Positions 51,597-63,614 of a stretch of DNA of 64,000 bases are shown one piece after another. Position 1 is the stretch's first letter; each line of letters opens with the position of its first letter. The stretch comes from Podarcis pityusensis. Lineage: Eukaryota. The notes below the pieces were generated by a model that was not told the origin of the DNA, searched no databases, and saw only the letters and a list, made by a program, of their open reading frames with translations. The stretch lies in the NCBI GenBank assembly GCA_964106645.2, contig OZ067040.1, one strand, 5' to 3'. Made by a program: the position numbers and the translations under genes.

Positions 51597-52047
51597 GGAG
51601 AACTGGATATAAATCAGACACTGAAAAAATAGATAAACTCAGGTGAAGGCTGCAATTTCGTGCATACTTACTTGGGCGTAGGCCCCATTGAGAATAGTGG
51701 GATTTACTTTGGAGCTGAAAAGTTTCTCTTACCTATTTACCTGTTTATCTCTCTGTTTATTTATTACAGTAGACAAATGAAGGAGTGGGACTGAAGTCTG
51801 TTGTGCAACAAAGGCCTCAGAATAAGGTTACAGTCATATGAGAAATGCAAATGAAGAGAGGGAGGTTGTTAAGGGAACTATAGCACAGACGACAGTACAA
51901 AGGATGAGACAAAGGAAAAGGTGGGAGAGGGGATGGAACAAAGTTGGAAATGCAAAAGCACAAAAAGAAAGAAGGCAGGCCCCCCCCCCCATGCTCAGTA
52001 TTTATCATCCTGCACTCGTACAATATAAGGGAAGAAAAAAATGCATT

Positions 52048-52048
<1 letters not shown>

Positions 52049-52078
<30 letters not shown>
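52049..52078. repeat. (GT)15 microsatellite
   Basis: Direct reading. Confidence 0.95.
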
Positions 52079-52081
<3 letters not shown>

Positions 52082-53955
52082 CATACACACACACCATTTT
52101 TGTCCACTATTTTTATCTGCTGTTTAAAATGGAACATGGCAAAAATAAAATGAAAATCACAATATTCGTTTGCCAAGATCAATACAATTAGAGATTGGCT
52201 GAACTATTTTTAAAACAATAAATAAATAGTCCTCTTTGCTGGAGTCTTCCCTGCACTTCATTCCAGGGCCTTTTGTCCTTTCTGGTCTGAGTTTTTGATC
52301 CAAAAATACGCAAGGATCTGCCAAACCACTAAATGCAACCAACATAAAGTAGAATGGCAACTGAGCTGAGCGAGCTTGTATATGAGGGTGGTTTGACTTT
52401 ATGTTTGTTTAAATCACATTTCAATTTCTCGAAGTATGGCTTGACAATATTTTAAGTTGAAATGCTGTTTTCCTAGGCTGACCGCACAGGTCACCAATGG
52501 GACTGTTTGTTTTACAGAGGTAAGAAGAAACAATGAAATTAATTTATGTGTCAGGATGGCACAGACTGATTCACACCATCTTATTTTAACAACCCTGTAA
52601 AGTTGTGACATGTCCCTGTCCACACAGTGAGCCCCATAGCTGAGTACAGATTTGAACCCAGGTCTACATTATCACAGTGGTTCTCCAGTGTTACATGGTG
52701 AACAACACATCTCCCCCTCCCAGAAGTGTCCCTCTTCTCCCTCTGACCACTCACTGTTATCCCACCACCAATCAATCAGCTAGAAGAAGAAGCCCTTTAT
52801 ATTCCTTCCTCTCAAAAAAGACCCAATGGATAGCTTGGGTGAGAGGATTCCGTCCAGCTCTGGAAAGTTCTATACTGAGAAGGAGGAAGTTCTGTGTGTC
52901 ACCGCATTCAGCACTCACAAATCCACAGCACCTATTTATTAATGCAGGCGTTTGTCCAGTCCCAAGAACAGGCTTTCAGCCAAGTTTATCCCCCAAAAAC
53001 CATCACCATGGGCCAAATGTATGACTAGAGATGAGAAGTGGAAATAATATAACACTGCTTTTCAGGGACCATTGTAGATTAGAAAATGTCCCATCCAGTT
53101 TGAACACAATTGCTCCATAAAACCTTCTTTAACTAATGCTGTAGGCAAACACAAAACACATTTAAATCTTGAGACGTGTACATTGCCCCTCAATATACTG
53201 TTTCTGTACCATCAGGACAATGGCATCTAAACCATAAGGGAAGTAAGAGATTTAAAGAAAACCAAATGTTCTGGCAAAGATCGGCTCCCTGAATTCATAG
53301 GCTTATGGGACACTGAACGAAAACACGTGCCCCCTGTTGGAATGGATGGAGCCCATGTCTGGATTCACTGCTAATTTTAATCCAGCAACAATCCCACTGA
53401 ATTCCATTCAAGAAGAACATCTTGACCAAAAATGCTGTTGAGCAATTGCAATAGTTGAAAGCAATTACAGGGTCCAACATAACAAAACGACCCACTGGAT
53501 GTGTATGGCCTTTATAACAAGGACCCTTTTCCTGGAGCTAGCCAGCACTCTGTTATGATGCGGGAGTTTGCAAAAATAACTAATAAAAATGTCAATCTTT
53601 TGCCTAATATATTTCATTTCAGGCAAATGGATGCCCATGTGCCTTAAAGACAAGAATATGGTAATTTCTGCAATGCATAGGGTTCAGAGTAAAAGTCATA
53701 ACTTGCAGTGAGTAATTTCAAATTTTACCACCCAAATGTATTATATAAATAGACACATATTATTTATGCTACATAATTTGCTTGATTAGCCATGGAACCT
53801 GGGATTACAAAACAAACAAGAATTGATTTGCCATTGGTTGTGGTGCAGAAAACAGGGCTGCTGAAAGTACTAGAAGCTACAAGTGAGAAAGACCTAGAGC
53901 ACATCCTCAGTGCTTGGCATCTTGTAGATTATATGCTCCATTGTTAGGAATCATT

Positions 53956-54181
53956 GGGTGGAATTCATTGTTGAGCTACGATAAACGTCCTGTCTGCACA
54001 AGCATTTCAGCTTGCCAGACAGAATGATCCCATACCCCCCACACTGTTGTGGGGTACTCCCAACTTCTCCGGAGCCAATCTTTTGATAGGAGCGGGGGAA
54101 GAAAGGAGAAAGCCCTGTTGTGCAAGCAGAAGTCCTTGCACTGGGCTTCCGCTGATGGGCCTTGTTAGGTGAATCCCACCC
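53956..54181. mobile_element. Harbinger-like MITE
   Basis: GGGTGGAATTCA...TGAATCCCACCC ends; 3-bp flanks ATT/ATC. Confidence 0.5.
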
Positions 54182-55949
54182 ATCAAATATTGCTATAATT
54201 TGCAAAGTCTCAGAAAGAGGACAGACAGCAAAGACCACTCCAGTGGATCAACTGCCATTTTGGTTCCTCTTCTAGAACTATATAATCAGTGGCCATTCCA
54301 ACTATAAGATTATGTACATTGATAAGAATTTGCTTTCTTTCTCCCCCCACCCCCCATTGCTTCTTTTTTCTTTTCTGAAGCCAGGTAGCATCTTTTTTAA
54401 AACTCTGTACAATGCTTAGAAAACATTAGGTGCATTGTTTATTATTACTGCTTCTTCTTCAGGGCAAGCTGTATCAAGCACACAGCCTTCACAAACCTGA
54501 TGTCCTGCATATGTTTTGTACCACAGCCTCCATTATTCATAACCATTGGCCATGCTGGCTGTCACCTGTGTTGGTGTGACTCTCCTACCTGGAAAGGTGT
54601 CCATGTCTGTGGTCTTATGGTGGGATCTTATGAGCCAGCTCCTCATGTGAACTAAAATTGTGCTTGTTCCAGAAATATCATAGAGATTCTGTGACACAAT
54701 ATCAATTCACATGGAAACACCTCAATTTTACCCCTGTTCAACTAGGTGTTACAAAAACCTAAACTAAAGTCAGTTCTCCTGCCTTTGGATTATTATTATT
54801 ATTACCACAGTTTAGTCCAGCAAATGGTTGCCTCCCTCCATTTGATGACATCATGCATCATAATATGCAGCTTATCCATTAATTTTAGGACCTTCTGAAT
54901 GAGAGTAAAATATTCTGCAATGATGTTAGTCCACTTTTCACAAATGCATGCATTTGCTTTGATTCAGCACTAAAATGATCCATTAGTTAGTGTGCTGCTT
55001 TAAAGAAAATAAAAATTCAGACCTTGCCCTGAGGGTTCATGTGCCTCAGATTAAGTCATAGTGAAGGGTGTGGCATGAATCACTTAAAAATATTCAGATA
55101 TTACATTAAACTTATGGGCTTGTGCAATTCTCAATGATTCATACCTCAAACACACCTTTTGCTAGCTATGGAGCTAACTATTCCTTCATTTCTTCAAATG
55201 GATGCCCGGGACAGAGTGTTAGGTACTTAAGAAAAGCCTTGCTGGATTTGAGCAAAGGCCCATCTCATTCAGCTTTCTGTTCTCATGGTGGCCAACCACT
55301 GACCTTTGCCCATTCTTTGATAGAAGCATGAGCAGCAGGTGGTACTAAATGCTCAACTGTGTTTTCCTTGTTTCTAATTCATTACCTCAGAGGTTGCTTT
55401 TCCCTACCTGAGGAAGCTAAATCTAGCACGAGGGTCTATGTTCTCATTACGGGAGGGAACCCAGGGGGGAAGGATTAGAAACACAAAAAGGTTGGTTGTC
55501 AAAGATAGTCATGCATCATAGATTCTGGATGTGCCTCCTCCCCATCTGTCGTCATAGGATTTAATGTTCATTGCAATCGCCTCCATTTGTGCATACACTG
55601 TTAGAAGAGCTCCGCTCTCCCAACCTGCCCTTGACTTTCTATAGCTGTCGTGAGGTCTTCTTGAATTTTCTTAGGAGCAGGAAAGGCATCCAGGTACTTT
55701 TCTATGTTGGGGCCTACATAAAATTGTTTTCAGGGGCAGCCCATGACATCTGAGTGCACAGCCAGCTGTATTTGATATTTAGAAGTATGTGTGCACACAT
55801 TAACCAGACTGCAACCTCCTTCTGGCAAATGGATCATATGAGGGCACCACAAGAGACTTGGGTCATGCTTAGACAGTTCACCGCATAATGGGTTGAGTTC
55901 CAGGAGACTTTGGATGGGGGGGGGGAGAGAACTTAGTTAAGATCTAGAA

Positions 55950-56137
55950 CAGGGGTCAGCAAACTAATTTTTTTTAAAAGAATTCCTATGCCCCACAAAT
56001 AACCCAGAGATGCATTTTAAATAAAAGCACACATTCTACTCATGTTAAAACATGCTGATACCCGGACCGTCCGCGGGCCGGATTTAGAAGGCGATTGGGC
56101 CGGATCCGGCCCCCGGGCATTAGTTTGCCTACTCATG
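55950..56137. mobile_element. Young hAT-Charlie-type non-autonomous element
   Basis: Perfect 8-bp TSD ATCTAGAA (NTCTAGAN preference); ends CAGGGGTCAGCAAACTAA/TTAGTTTGCCTACTCATG; CpGs retained. Confidence 0.88.
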
Positions 56138-58622
56138 ATCTAGAACCTGTTTGTCACAAGGAAACAATCATTTGGTTTCTGCATATCTCATTGAGCATCT
56201 CTCCTTGTGCTAGCTTGCTCACTTAATACTGATCTTCTGGAAACTCTGCTTTGTCTAAATGCTTTCCTCCCTCAGAAGAGGAGATATGACCTATCCTATG
56301 TATGGTCCTGGGATTGCATCCTTATATTTGTTAGCTGCTTTGTAGGGCTTTTTGAAAAATGCAGATAGGTGGGAGAACAATTTTTTTAAAAAAATGCTAA
56401 AGGAATGGAATGAAGAAGAAATAAGGAGGGAAGAATCCCATAGTTTCTACTTGTGCTATTTCTTTTGATGAAAAGGTTAGCTTTCAGTCAGCTGGTCTGG
56501 TGCTGCTGTGTTGGTTGAAAGGTGCCAGAAGACCTAGATATGTTTTTAAAGGGAATGGGGTGTGTGAGTGTGGAGAGGAGAGAGAGTGCGAGAGAGTCAT
56601 GCGCTTTGCTAAAGCAAACAAAGAGAATTGGTTGGTTTACCAAGAATATTCTAAGAGTAGGATAGCTCCACCAAAAAAGAAAAGAAGAAAAGAAAAGCCA
56701 TCTGACTCAACCTTCAATTTCCCTTGTCTTGAGGGCACTGGAATGTGTTAAGAGGCATTCAGTGCCCACAAAGCCTGATGCTCACAGCCAGAGCATTCTG
56801 TGTGGCGCCAGCAGTTGCTCTGAGCTGGTCCTTTTCCGGCTCCTGGGAGGTACCGCCCTTTGGATCTCCCAACTGCTGCTGTTCCTGCAGCTGCCAGGGA
56901 TGCTGCTTTGTCTCGTCTGTCACCACCACGCCGGTCCCATTTCTTCAGCTGCAGTTACACACCTTGCAAATATTGGTTTGGTGAAAGATTAGGCAGTGAG
57001 CTGTGAGTGGCTTGCCAATTGGCCAGGATTTATGGCTAGGGGTTAAATAATAGAATAATTGCACAACACATTATGAGGCATGTGGGGGTTGGGCGAAGAG
57101 GTGGAGAGACCTTTTTTTTTTTTTTTTTTGGTAAGCATGCAGAAGGTATGCACAAAGAAGGTTTATAACAGGAAACCTCAAGGATCATTTAGGGAGTGCA
57201 GAGTTGGCAGACCTCATCCCTCTCCTGTCTCAGACCACACATTACTCAGGAGCACCTCAATCCTGGGTCAACTCTCCAGTTTTGTGCATTGAATAAACAT
57301 GATAATAAACATTTCGATGTGCCTGGGCATCAGGGATGCATGCTAAAGGCACACATTCTTATGCTTTTAAAAGAAAGGTCACTGCCTGGCCTGTGATGAC
57401 ACTGAAATGCATAGATATTATGAGATATAAAGAAGTAACCACAACAGATGCTATTAATATATACTGGGTTTGAGTGTTTCTTTTGCAATTTAATCCTGGA
57501 TATAATCTAAAAGTGGCCTGTAAACCTTGTTGAGAATCTAACGCCTTTCAGAAATCCACACACACACACTCAGGAATCTATAATAATGTTCCAAATACAG
57601 ATTTTATTGTATGGTCACTGATCTGATAAAAGCAAAATAAAATACCAAAATCATTCAATTTCTAACATGAGCCAGGTTACAATCTTATAAAACTAAGGAA
57701 GGGAACAAACAAGATATGATTAAATCCACAAAATCTATTTACTGGTCTTTGCAGCAGAAACCAAGCAATTGTTTTTGTTTTTTTGTCTATGTCAGCTGAT
57801 AAGTAAGTCAAACATCACCCAAAAGTCCTTTTAGTATTTTAGTAGGATGGAGGTAGATTATCTATTTTGCTCATTTCTATAAAAGTTACATACATCCCCT
57901 CCCACGTGTTAATGTTTCAGTTGCTCCACCCCCATAGAGGGCAGACCTATTTGTTTATTGTTTACCCCCAAAATGACCATTGAACAGAAAAGAAAAACAC
58001 ATCTAGCCCTAGAAAAGATTAGCTGATATTTGGGGAGAGTCAGGCCATCCAATTAATTGGTATGACCCTTAGAAAAGTCAGAAGACAAACAAAGATGAAT
58101 TGGAAAGCAGATTTTAGGAGCAGCTGACATGGAACACTTTGCATCCATATTCTTAATCAGAAGGCTAAGAATCTTTTTTTACTGGGAATGGCTTTGAGTC
58201 TGAAGGAAATTTACAGAAAGGCCCAATAAATGTAGTTTATTATTAAAAGCTTTGAACCACGAGCTAACACAAATATCCTTCTGTAGAAGGTACAGATGTC
58301 CTGAGAATGTGTTTGCATAAACCATCTTTAGCCAAAATCGTAAGGCTTGAAACTTCCTTTCAAAGGAAGAACGAATGCTCCTAGATAAAGCACTTACAGA
58401 CATACAATAGCCTCACCCTCCTGTTTCACGAAGCTGATTTCAGAATGCAGTGGACAGTCTTGATAGTCATTACAAAAGAGAGGGTTGAACTGGCCCATCA
58501 CTCATGCTGAATAAATACCACTTATAACAGTTCAAAGAAACTTAGTTGTGGGGATTAAATGAGGAGGGGGAGAACCATGTCCACCACTTTGAGCTCTTTG
58601 GAGAAAAAGGTGGGATAAAACT

Positions 58623-58653
58623 GCAGCAGCAGCAGCAGCAGCAACAACCACAA
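58623..58653. repeat. (CAG)n/(CAA)n microsatellite at a CORE-SINE tail
   Basis: Follows a MIR/Squam3-like 3' end at about 58540-58620. Confidence 0.75.
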
Positions 58654-59495
58654 CAGTTAGTCTTGTTGTGGTTAAGAACAATGTTGTTAACGGGACCAGG
58701 GGAGATCTGTGTACAGTTTTACCCCACCATTGATTTGATTTTGTCTTTGCAAAAAAATTAAATGGGTACAACCCAATTTAGCAAGATCCAGTTTTGCGAA
58801 GCTTTCACACACACCACATGCCCAGTTAAGCCTGTCCTGAATCACGTGACTCATTCTGATTACTATTGCTGCAGTCCAGCTGTAGTTAGAAGCAACTGGT
58901 GCCCTGGATGTGCATGCCCATTTATATCACAAAGCAGTGAGTCATTGTGCTGTAGTGGGCTTTATATGGAACAACATGGAGCCCAGAGCTTGTTTGCTCC
59001 AGTAACTGCACACAGGCCACTAAAGATGATTCTGCATGAAGCAGAATACAATTGTGCCCTGGTGAAGAGGACAGTAGGTCAAGGCTGGGTTGCTTATTTT
59101 ATTTCCCCTGCATTACATCACTGTTCCTTTTCTAACACTCATCCGCTCTGATCTTCCCCCCTCAAGAATTGGACGGCTTACCTAATTTTAGATGCCTAGA
59201 GCTATAGTAGGCACATGTGTTGCCTACATGAGGCTAACGCCTGTAAATGTTAGTCTTGCCTAAAAATGGTACAGAGGAGTGGTGAGCCCTTGTATTTTGC
59301 TCCATAAAGGCGATGGCTTTGTGGTTCTGAATATGACGTTGAATTCAGAGGTGTCCAAGTACAAATTGAAGAAGGGAACATTGCCCTCCCAAACACCCAT
59401 TCTGGCCTGTAACTTTCCTTCATGCTATTGTAGCACCATTGTCTTTGCCTTTTGGGGCCTACTCAAAAACACAGACCCTGTAGTAGTAGGTAAAA

Positions 59496-59961
59496 AGGTA
59501 AAGGTAAAGGACCCCTGGACAGTTAAAGTCCAGTCAAAGGCGACTATGAGATGCGGCATTCATCTCCGCTTTCAAGCTGAGGGAGTTGGTGTTTGTCCTC
59601 AGACAGCTTTCTGGGTCATGTGGCCAGCCTGACTAAACTGCTTCTGGTGCAGCGGGACATCATTACAAGTGCCAGAGTGCACGGGAATGCTGTTTACCTT
59701 CCCGCTCCAACGGTAACTATTTATCTACTTGCTTTCAGGGACAGAGCAATGGGAGCTCACCCTGTTGCGGGGATTTGAACTGCCGATCTTCCGATCTGCA
59801 AGCCCAAGAGGCTCAGTGGTTTGGACCCGTTCCCTTTCTTCTATAGTAGTAGTAAAATTATTTGACTTATATCCTGCCCTTCCTCCTAAATTCAAACTGC
59901 CGATCTTCCGATCAGCAAGTCCAAGAGGCTCAGTGGTTTGGACCACAGCACCATCCATTCC
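59496..59961 (-). mobile_element. Sauria SINE with a tandemly duplicated 5' junction
   Basis: (AAAGGT)n tail; TSD CTGTAGTAGTAG(G)TAAAA; duplicated unit at 59773-59884 and 59890-60012. Confidence 0.88.
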
Positions 59962-60012
59962 CTTTCCTCTGTAGTAGTAGTAAAATTATTCAACTTATAT
60001 CCTGCCCTTCCT

Positions 60013-60190
60013 ACTGAAGGCAGCAAATACATCAATACTGTACCAGAAAAGCATTTACAAAGCATTCTAAAAACAGTTAAAAACAGTCTCACAATCAGGG
60101 TTTTTAGGTACCTCCTGAAAGTCAGCAAAGGGGAGATCTTATCAGGGAGAGCATTCCACAGATGGGGATCCACCACTCAAAAGGCCCTAT
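60013..60190 (-). mobile_element. Old L2 3' end
   Basis: Minus frame reads PHLWNALPDKISPLLTFRRYLKTL. Confidence 0.7.
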
Positions 60191-60590
60191 AGCAGGTCAA
60201 TACCAACTGGAAAACTCCCATCTGCAGCACCAACAAGACCCTACTTCAAAATTACCCTACTGAAGTAATTGACTATCTTTCCTCTGAGTAACTTGCTTCA
60301 AAATAAGGGCAGAAACCTGGAAGAGGGAAAACAATAAAAGAAAAAGAAGAATGATAATTTCCTCAGGGGAAAATACCCAAAGGTTCAGGGAAACGGATTT
60401 GGAGACATTTGTTTGAACAACCAAGCAGGCAAGTAGTGTTGTTTGTTACAGGACAGTATCATCTCTAGAAAGGATAATTCTTCCTTTGAAAGCCACCACC
60501 CATCAAGTTCCCACGTGCAGAAAGTGGAACATGTCAGAGGCAGAGTTCTATCCCAACTTTCTTTCTGATGTGCTGGCTTTGCATATAAAA

Positions 60591-60725
60591 CAGGGGTGGG
60601 AAACCTTTTTCAGCTTGGGGGCCATATTCCCTTCTGGGCAATCTTCTGAGGGCCATGTGGCAGTGGTGGGTGGAGGCAGAGGCAAAGTGGGCAGAGCAAT
60701 GGATGTAAACTTTGTAGAGTGGGTT
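60591..60725 (+). mobile_element. hAT element left end
   Basis: CAGGGGTGGGAAACCTTTTTCAGC; a reverse-complement relative lies at about 4070-4182. Confidence 0.6.
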
Positions 60726-60878
60726 TGTTTCCACATACATTTACAAACTCCTTTCTATCCTTCATCGGAACCAGAGCCACCCGCACAATTTTTGTTTTTA
60801 ACCCCAAATCCAGGACATTGGCTTTAAAATGTAGAATTTGCCCTAGATGGGCATGTAGGACCACCAAAAGTCATGCAT

Positions 60879-61303
60879 CTTTTTTTTTACAAAAAAGTAA
60901 AAAATAAAAAGAAACATACAAAATAAAACAGTTAAAAAGACATTAATTTTCCATAACCTATCTTCCCTACACTTATTTCCCCGGACCTCCTCGTACCTCC
61001 CTTTTTTGTATTCCAGTTCAGTTTGTTAGTTCAGCAAATCCTTACCATTAAGCTTTTACCCAATTGTAAACCCTTTTTCATATCTCTTAAAGCCTTACAG
61101 CTAAAAACCTCTTAGTTTCTATCCAACATCCTTCTAAGATTCCTTAATTTTACAATATTTCTGTAAATAGTCTTTAAATTTCTTCCAGTCTTCTTTCACC
61201 GACTCTTCTCCCTGGTCTCGGATTCTGCCAGTCATTTCCGCCAATTCCATGTAGTCAATCACCTTCATCTGCCATTCTTCCAGAGTGGGTAGATCTTGTG
61301 TCC
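60879..61303 (-). mobile_element. L1-clade LINE 3' end
   Basis: Minus 61302-61134 encodes TQDLPTLEEWQMKVIDYMELAEMTGRIRDQGEESVKEDWKKFKDYLQKYCKIKES*, homologous to the 33267 ORF. Confidence 0.88.
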
Positions 61304-61752
61304 GGCTTTAGATTTCTGTATTGCCACCATTTCAAGATTGCCACTAAAAGTGGAACAACCATTTCCACGAACTAAACCCCTTGTAATAAAAGCAACTTCC
61401 TTTAAGATGATTTTGGCATTTACAAATAAAAACCTATATTTTTAGACTGTAAGAAAAGGGACTGCTCACAGTTCAAAAAACAGTCTCTTCCCTGGGAAAA
61501 TGGAGACAGTTTTCTTATTATAATTTTTTTAAGGAATGTTTTTGGTTATTTTTGTATTATACACTTAGAAATAAACTCAGATTGCTGTTTCAGATCTATT
61601 TTGGTTGTCCTTTCTTCTTGGTGTGTTTTAAGCATGTGCTGTATATGAATTAATTTTATAGAGGCTTAGAAGAAGTTGCTGGGATGAGTTGGCTGTTTTC
61701 TAGGTGTGTAGAAAGACAAATATGGAGTTCCTTGGATTTATGGTTCGTTCAC

Positions 61753-61770
61753 CTGCTAGCAGAGGGCAAG
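61753..61770 (+). promoter_or_regulatory. Candidate CTCF site
   Basis: CTGCTAGCAGAGGGCAAG resembles CCAGCAGAGGGCA. Confidence 0.35.
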
Positions 61771-62207
61771 ATGAGGTAAAGTCACTTGAAAGTGTGTTCT
61801 TAATGGCAGCATTTTCTGGAAGAGGGCCCAGTGTAGGCAAGACAGGTTGTCTGGTCTGTCAACAGAACAGACACCCATAGGTGACCTTCATGGATTGCAA
61901 TGAGCAATTCTCAAGTAGTTGGAAATGGCACAGATCATTCTGGTGGAACTGAAACATGTGAACCAATTAAAAAAGGTGCCTGTGGTGTGAAGAAGGGTAT
62001 GAGTAGAGAGGGATAAAATCAGAAGACAGCCTGGCTTACAAATGGCAAATGCTGCATAACATGAGTGGGCTTTGTTTTAAACCTAAAGTCATATTACTTG
62101 CCCCAAAGAACATTCGTCTATCATCACTGAGTGGGGAAAACAATTTTTTTTTGCAGGGTTTGCTGTTTCTTTTGTTCTTCGTGCTGTTTGGATTCCTCCA
62201 AAGAGAT

Positions 62208-62397
62208 AGGCTGTAGCTCAGGGGGATAGAGCCCATTTGTTGTCATACAAAGGACACAAGGTATTCCCCAGCATCTCCAGGAGGGCTGGGAAATATTTCC
62301 ATTGGAAACCCTGGAGAGGAACTGCCAAACAGTATACACAATACAGAGCAAGATGGACCAATGATCAGGCTTGGTACAAGGCAAATTCCTATGTCCC
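62208..62397 (+). mobile_element. Squam2-like tRNA SINE
   Basis: GTAGCTCAG head; CCCTGGAGAGGAACTGCC body; TTCCTATGT tail. Confidence 0.7.
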
Positions 62398-62409
62398 CCT
62401 TTCCAACTA

Positions 62410-62635
62410 CAGTGGTACCTCAGGTTACAGACGCTTCAGGTTACACACTCCGCTAACCCAGAAATAGTACCTCGGGTTAAGAACTTTGCTTCAGGATGAG
62501 AACAGAAATCATGCTCTGGCAGCGCGGCAGCAGCAGGAGGCCCCATTAGCTAAAGTGGTACCTCAGGTTAAGAACAGTTTCAGGTTAAGAACAGACCTCC
62601 AGAACGAATTAAGTTCTTAACCTGAGGTACCACTG
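62410..62635 (+). mobile_element. Tigger/pogo-type MITE, copy 5
   Basis: TIR CAGTGGTACCTCAGGTTA...TAACCTGAGGTACCACTG; TA TSD. Confidence 0.92.
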
Positions 62636-63066
62636 TAATGCTAATCCGGAAAAAGATGGGGTGCTTTTAGTAGTTTATTTTTAGATTGTGAATGTCTCGA
62701 TCTGATATCAATGGATAGAGTTCCGATGAAAATATAGGATATGAGTGTTCAGTTCTCCAGACTCAACATGCCTTTGGGCTGATCAGTGTGGCAGGGGAGA
62801 GGAGACACATTGAAAAATATTAGTCAATTTGGCAGCATTGTCTCCTGTAACTTTCTCAGAAGAAACCTGCTGGTTCACTGGAGGAAAGCAACAATGACAG
62901 TGTTAGCGTGGGGAATCCTGCACAGAGAGAGGGAACTCAGATGAAGAACACATGTACATATCAATCTGCAGATATCCATCAGCAAAGTATCTATGCCCAA
63001 GTCCACCTGCTTTGCAGCACACATTTAAAGCAATGCTACACCCCCTTAGGAATACAGCCCTAAGAG

Positions 63067-63448
63067 TAAGGATGGGGAGAAATTCAGTTTTAATGTGAGC
63101 ATGCCTAATCTGCACTTCCTGAAACAATGCATGAAACAAAATGCAGATATCCTTTGAATATTTCAGTTGTACGAATTTTGCAATGCAGGCTTCCGAGCCA
63201 AAAATGTGAGCCAAAAGTGTTAATGTTAGGGGGAAGTGTGCATTAAAATACATATGGTAGAGAAAATACATTATATTAGGCAAAACTGGATACAAAATGT
63301 GCATATTGGGAGCAACGTTCACTAAATTGCTTGTGGATCTTAGGAGTACCATGTTTTTTTAAAAAAGAAAATAATAATGCAGAAATGTGGCGAAATGAAC
63401 TTAATATTGGAGAGATGAGAAACTGAGAGAAACCAAAATTGACCCATT
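63067..63448 (+). mobile_element. AT-rich TAGGGATG-TIR DNA element
   Basis: Starts TAAGGATGGGGAGAAATTCAGTT; family core present. Confidence 0.7.
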
Positions 63449-63467
63449 TGTCAGATGGAAGAGTCAG

Positions 63468-63614
63468 GACAGACTAAAGGAAATATTTCTTCACACAGCA
63501 TTTAATTAAACTATGATATTTGCTACAGCAAAATGTAGTAATGGCCACTAACTTGGATGGCTTCAAAAAGGAGTTTAGACTAATTCCTGGAGAATGAGGC
63601 TATCAATGGCTACT
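63468..63614 (+). mobile_element. CR1 ORF2-end fragment
   Basis: AGGAAATATTTCTTCACACAGC (RKYFFTQ) ..GATGGCTTCAAAAAGG. Confidence 0.7.

Noticed and set aside
58546-58761. Poly-Gln ORF
   Set aside because: A (CAG)n microsatellite at a SINE tail.
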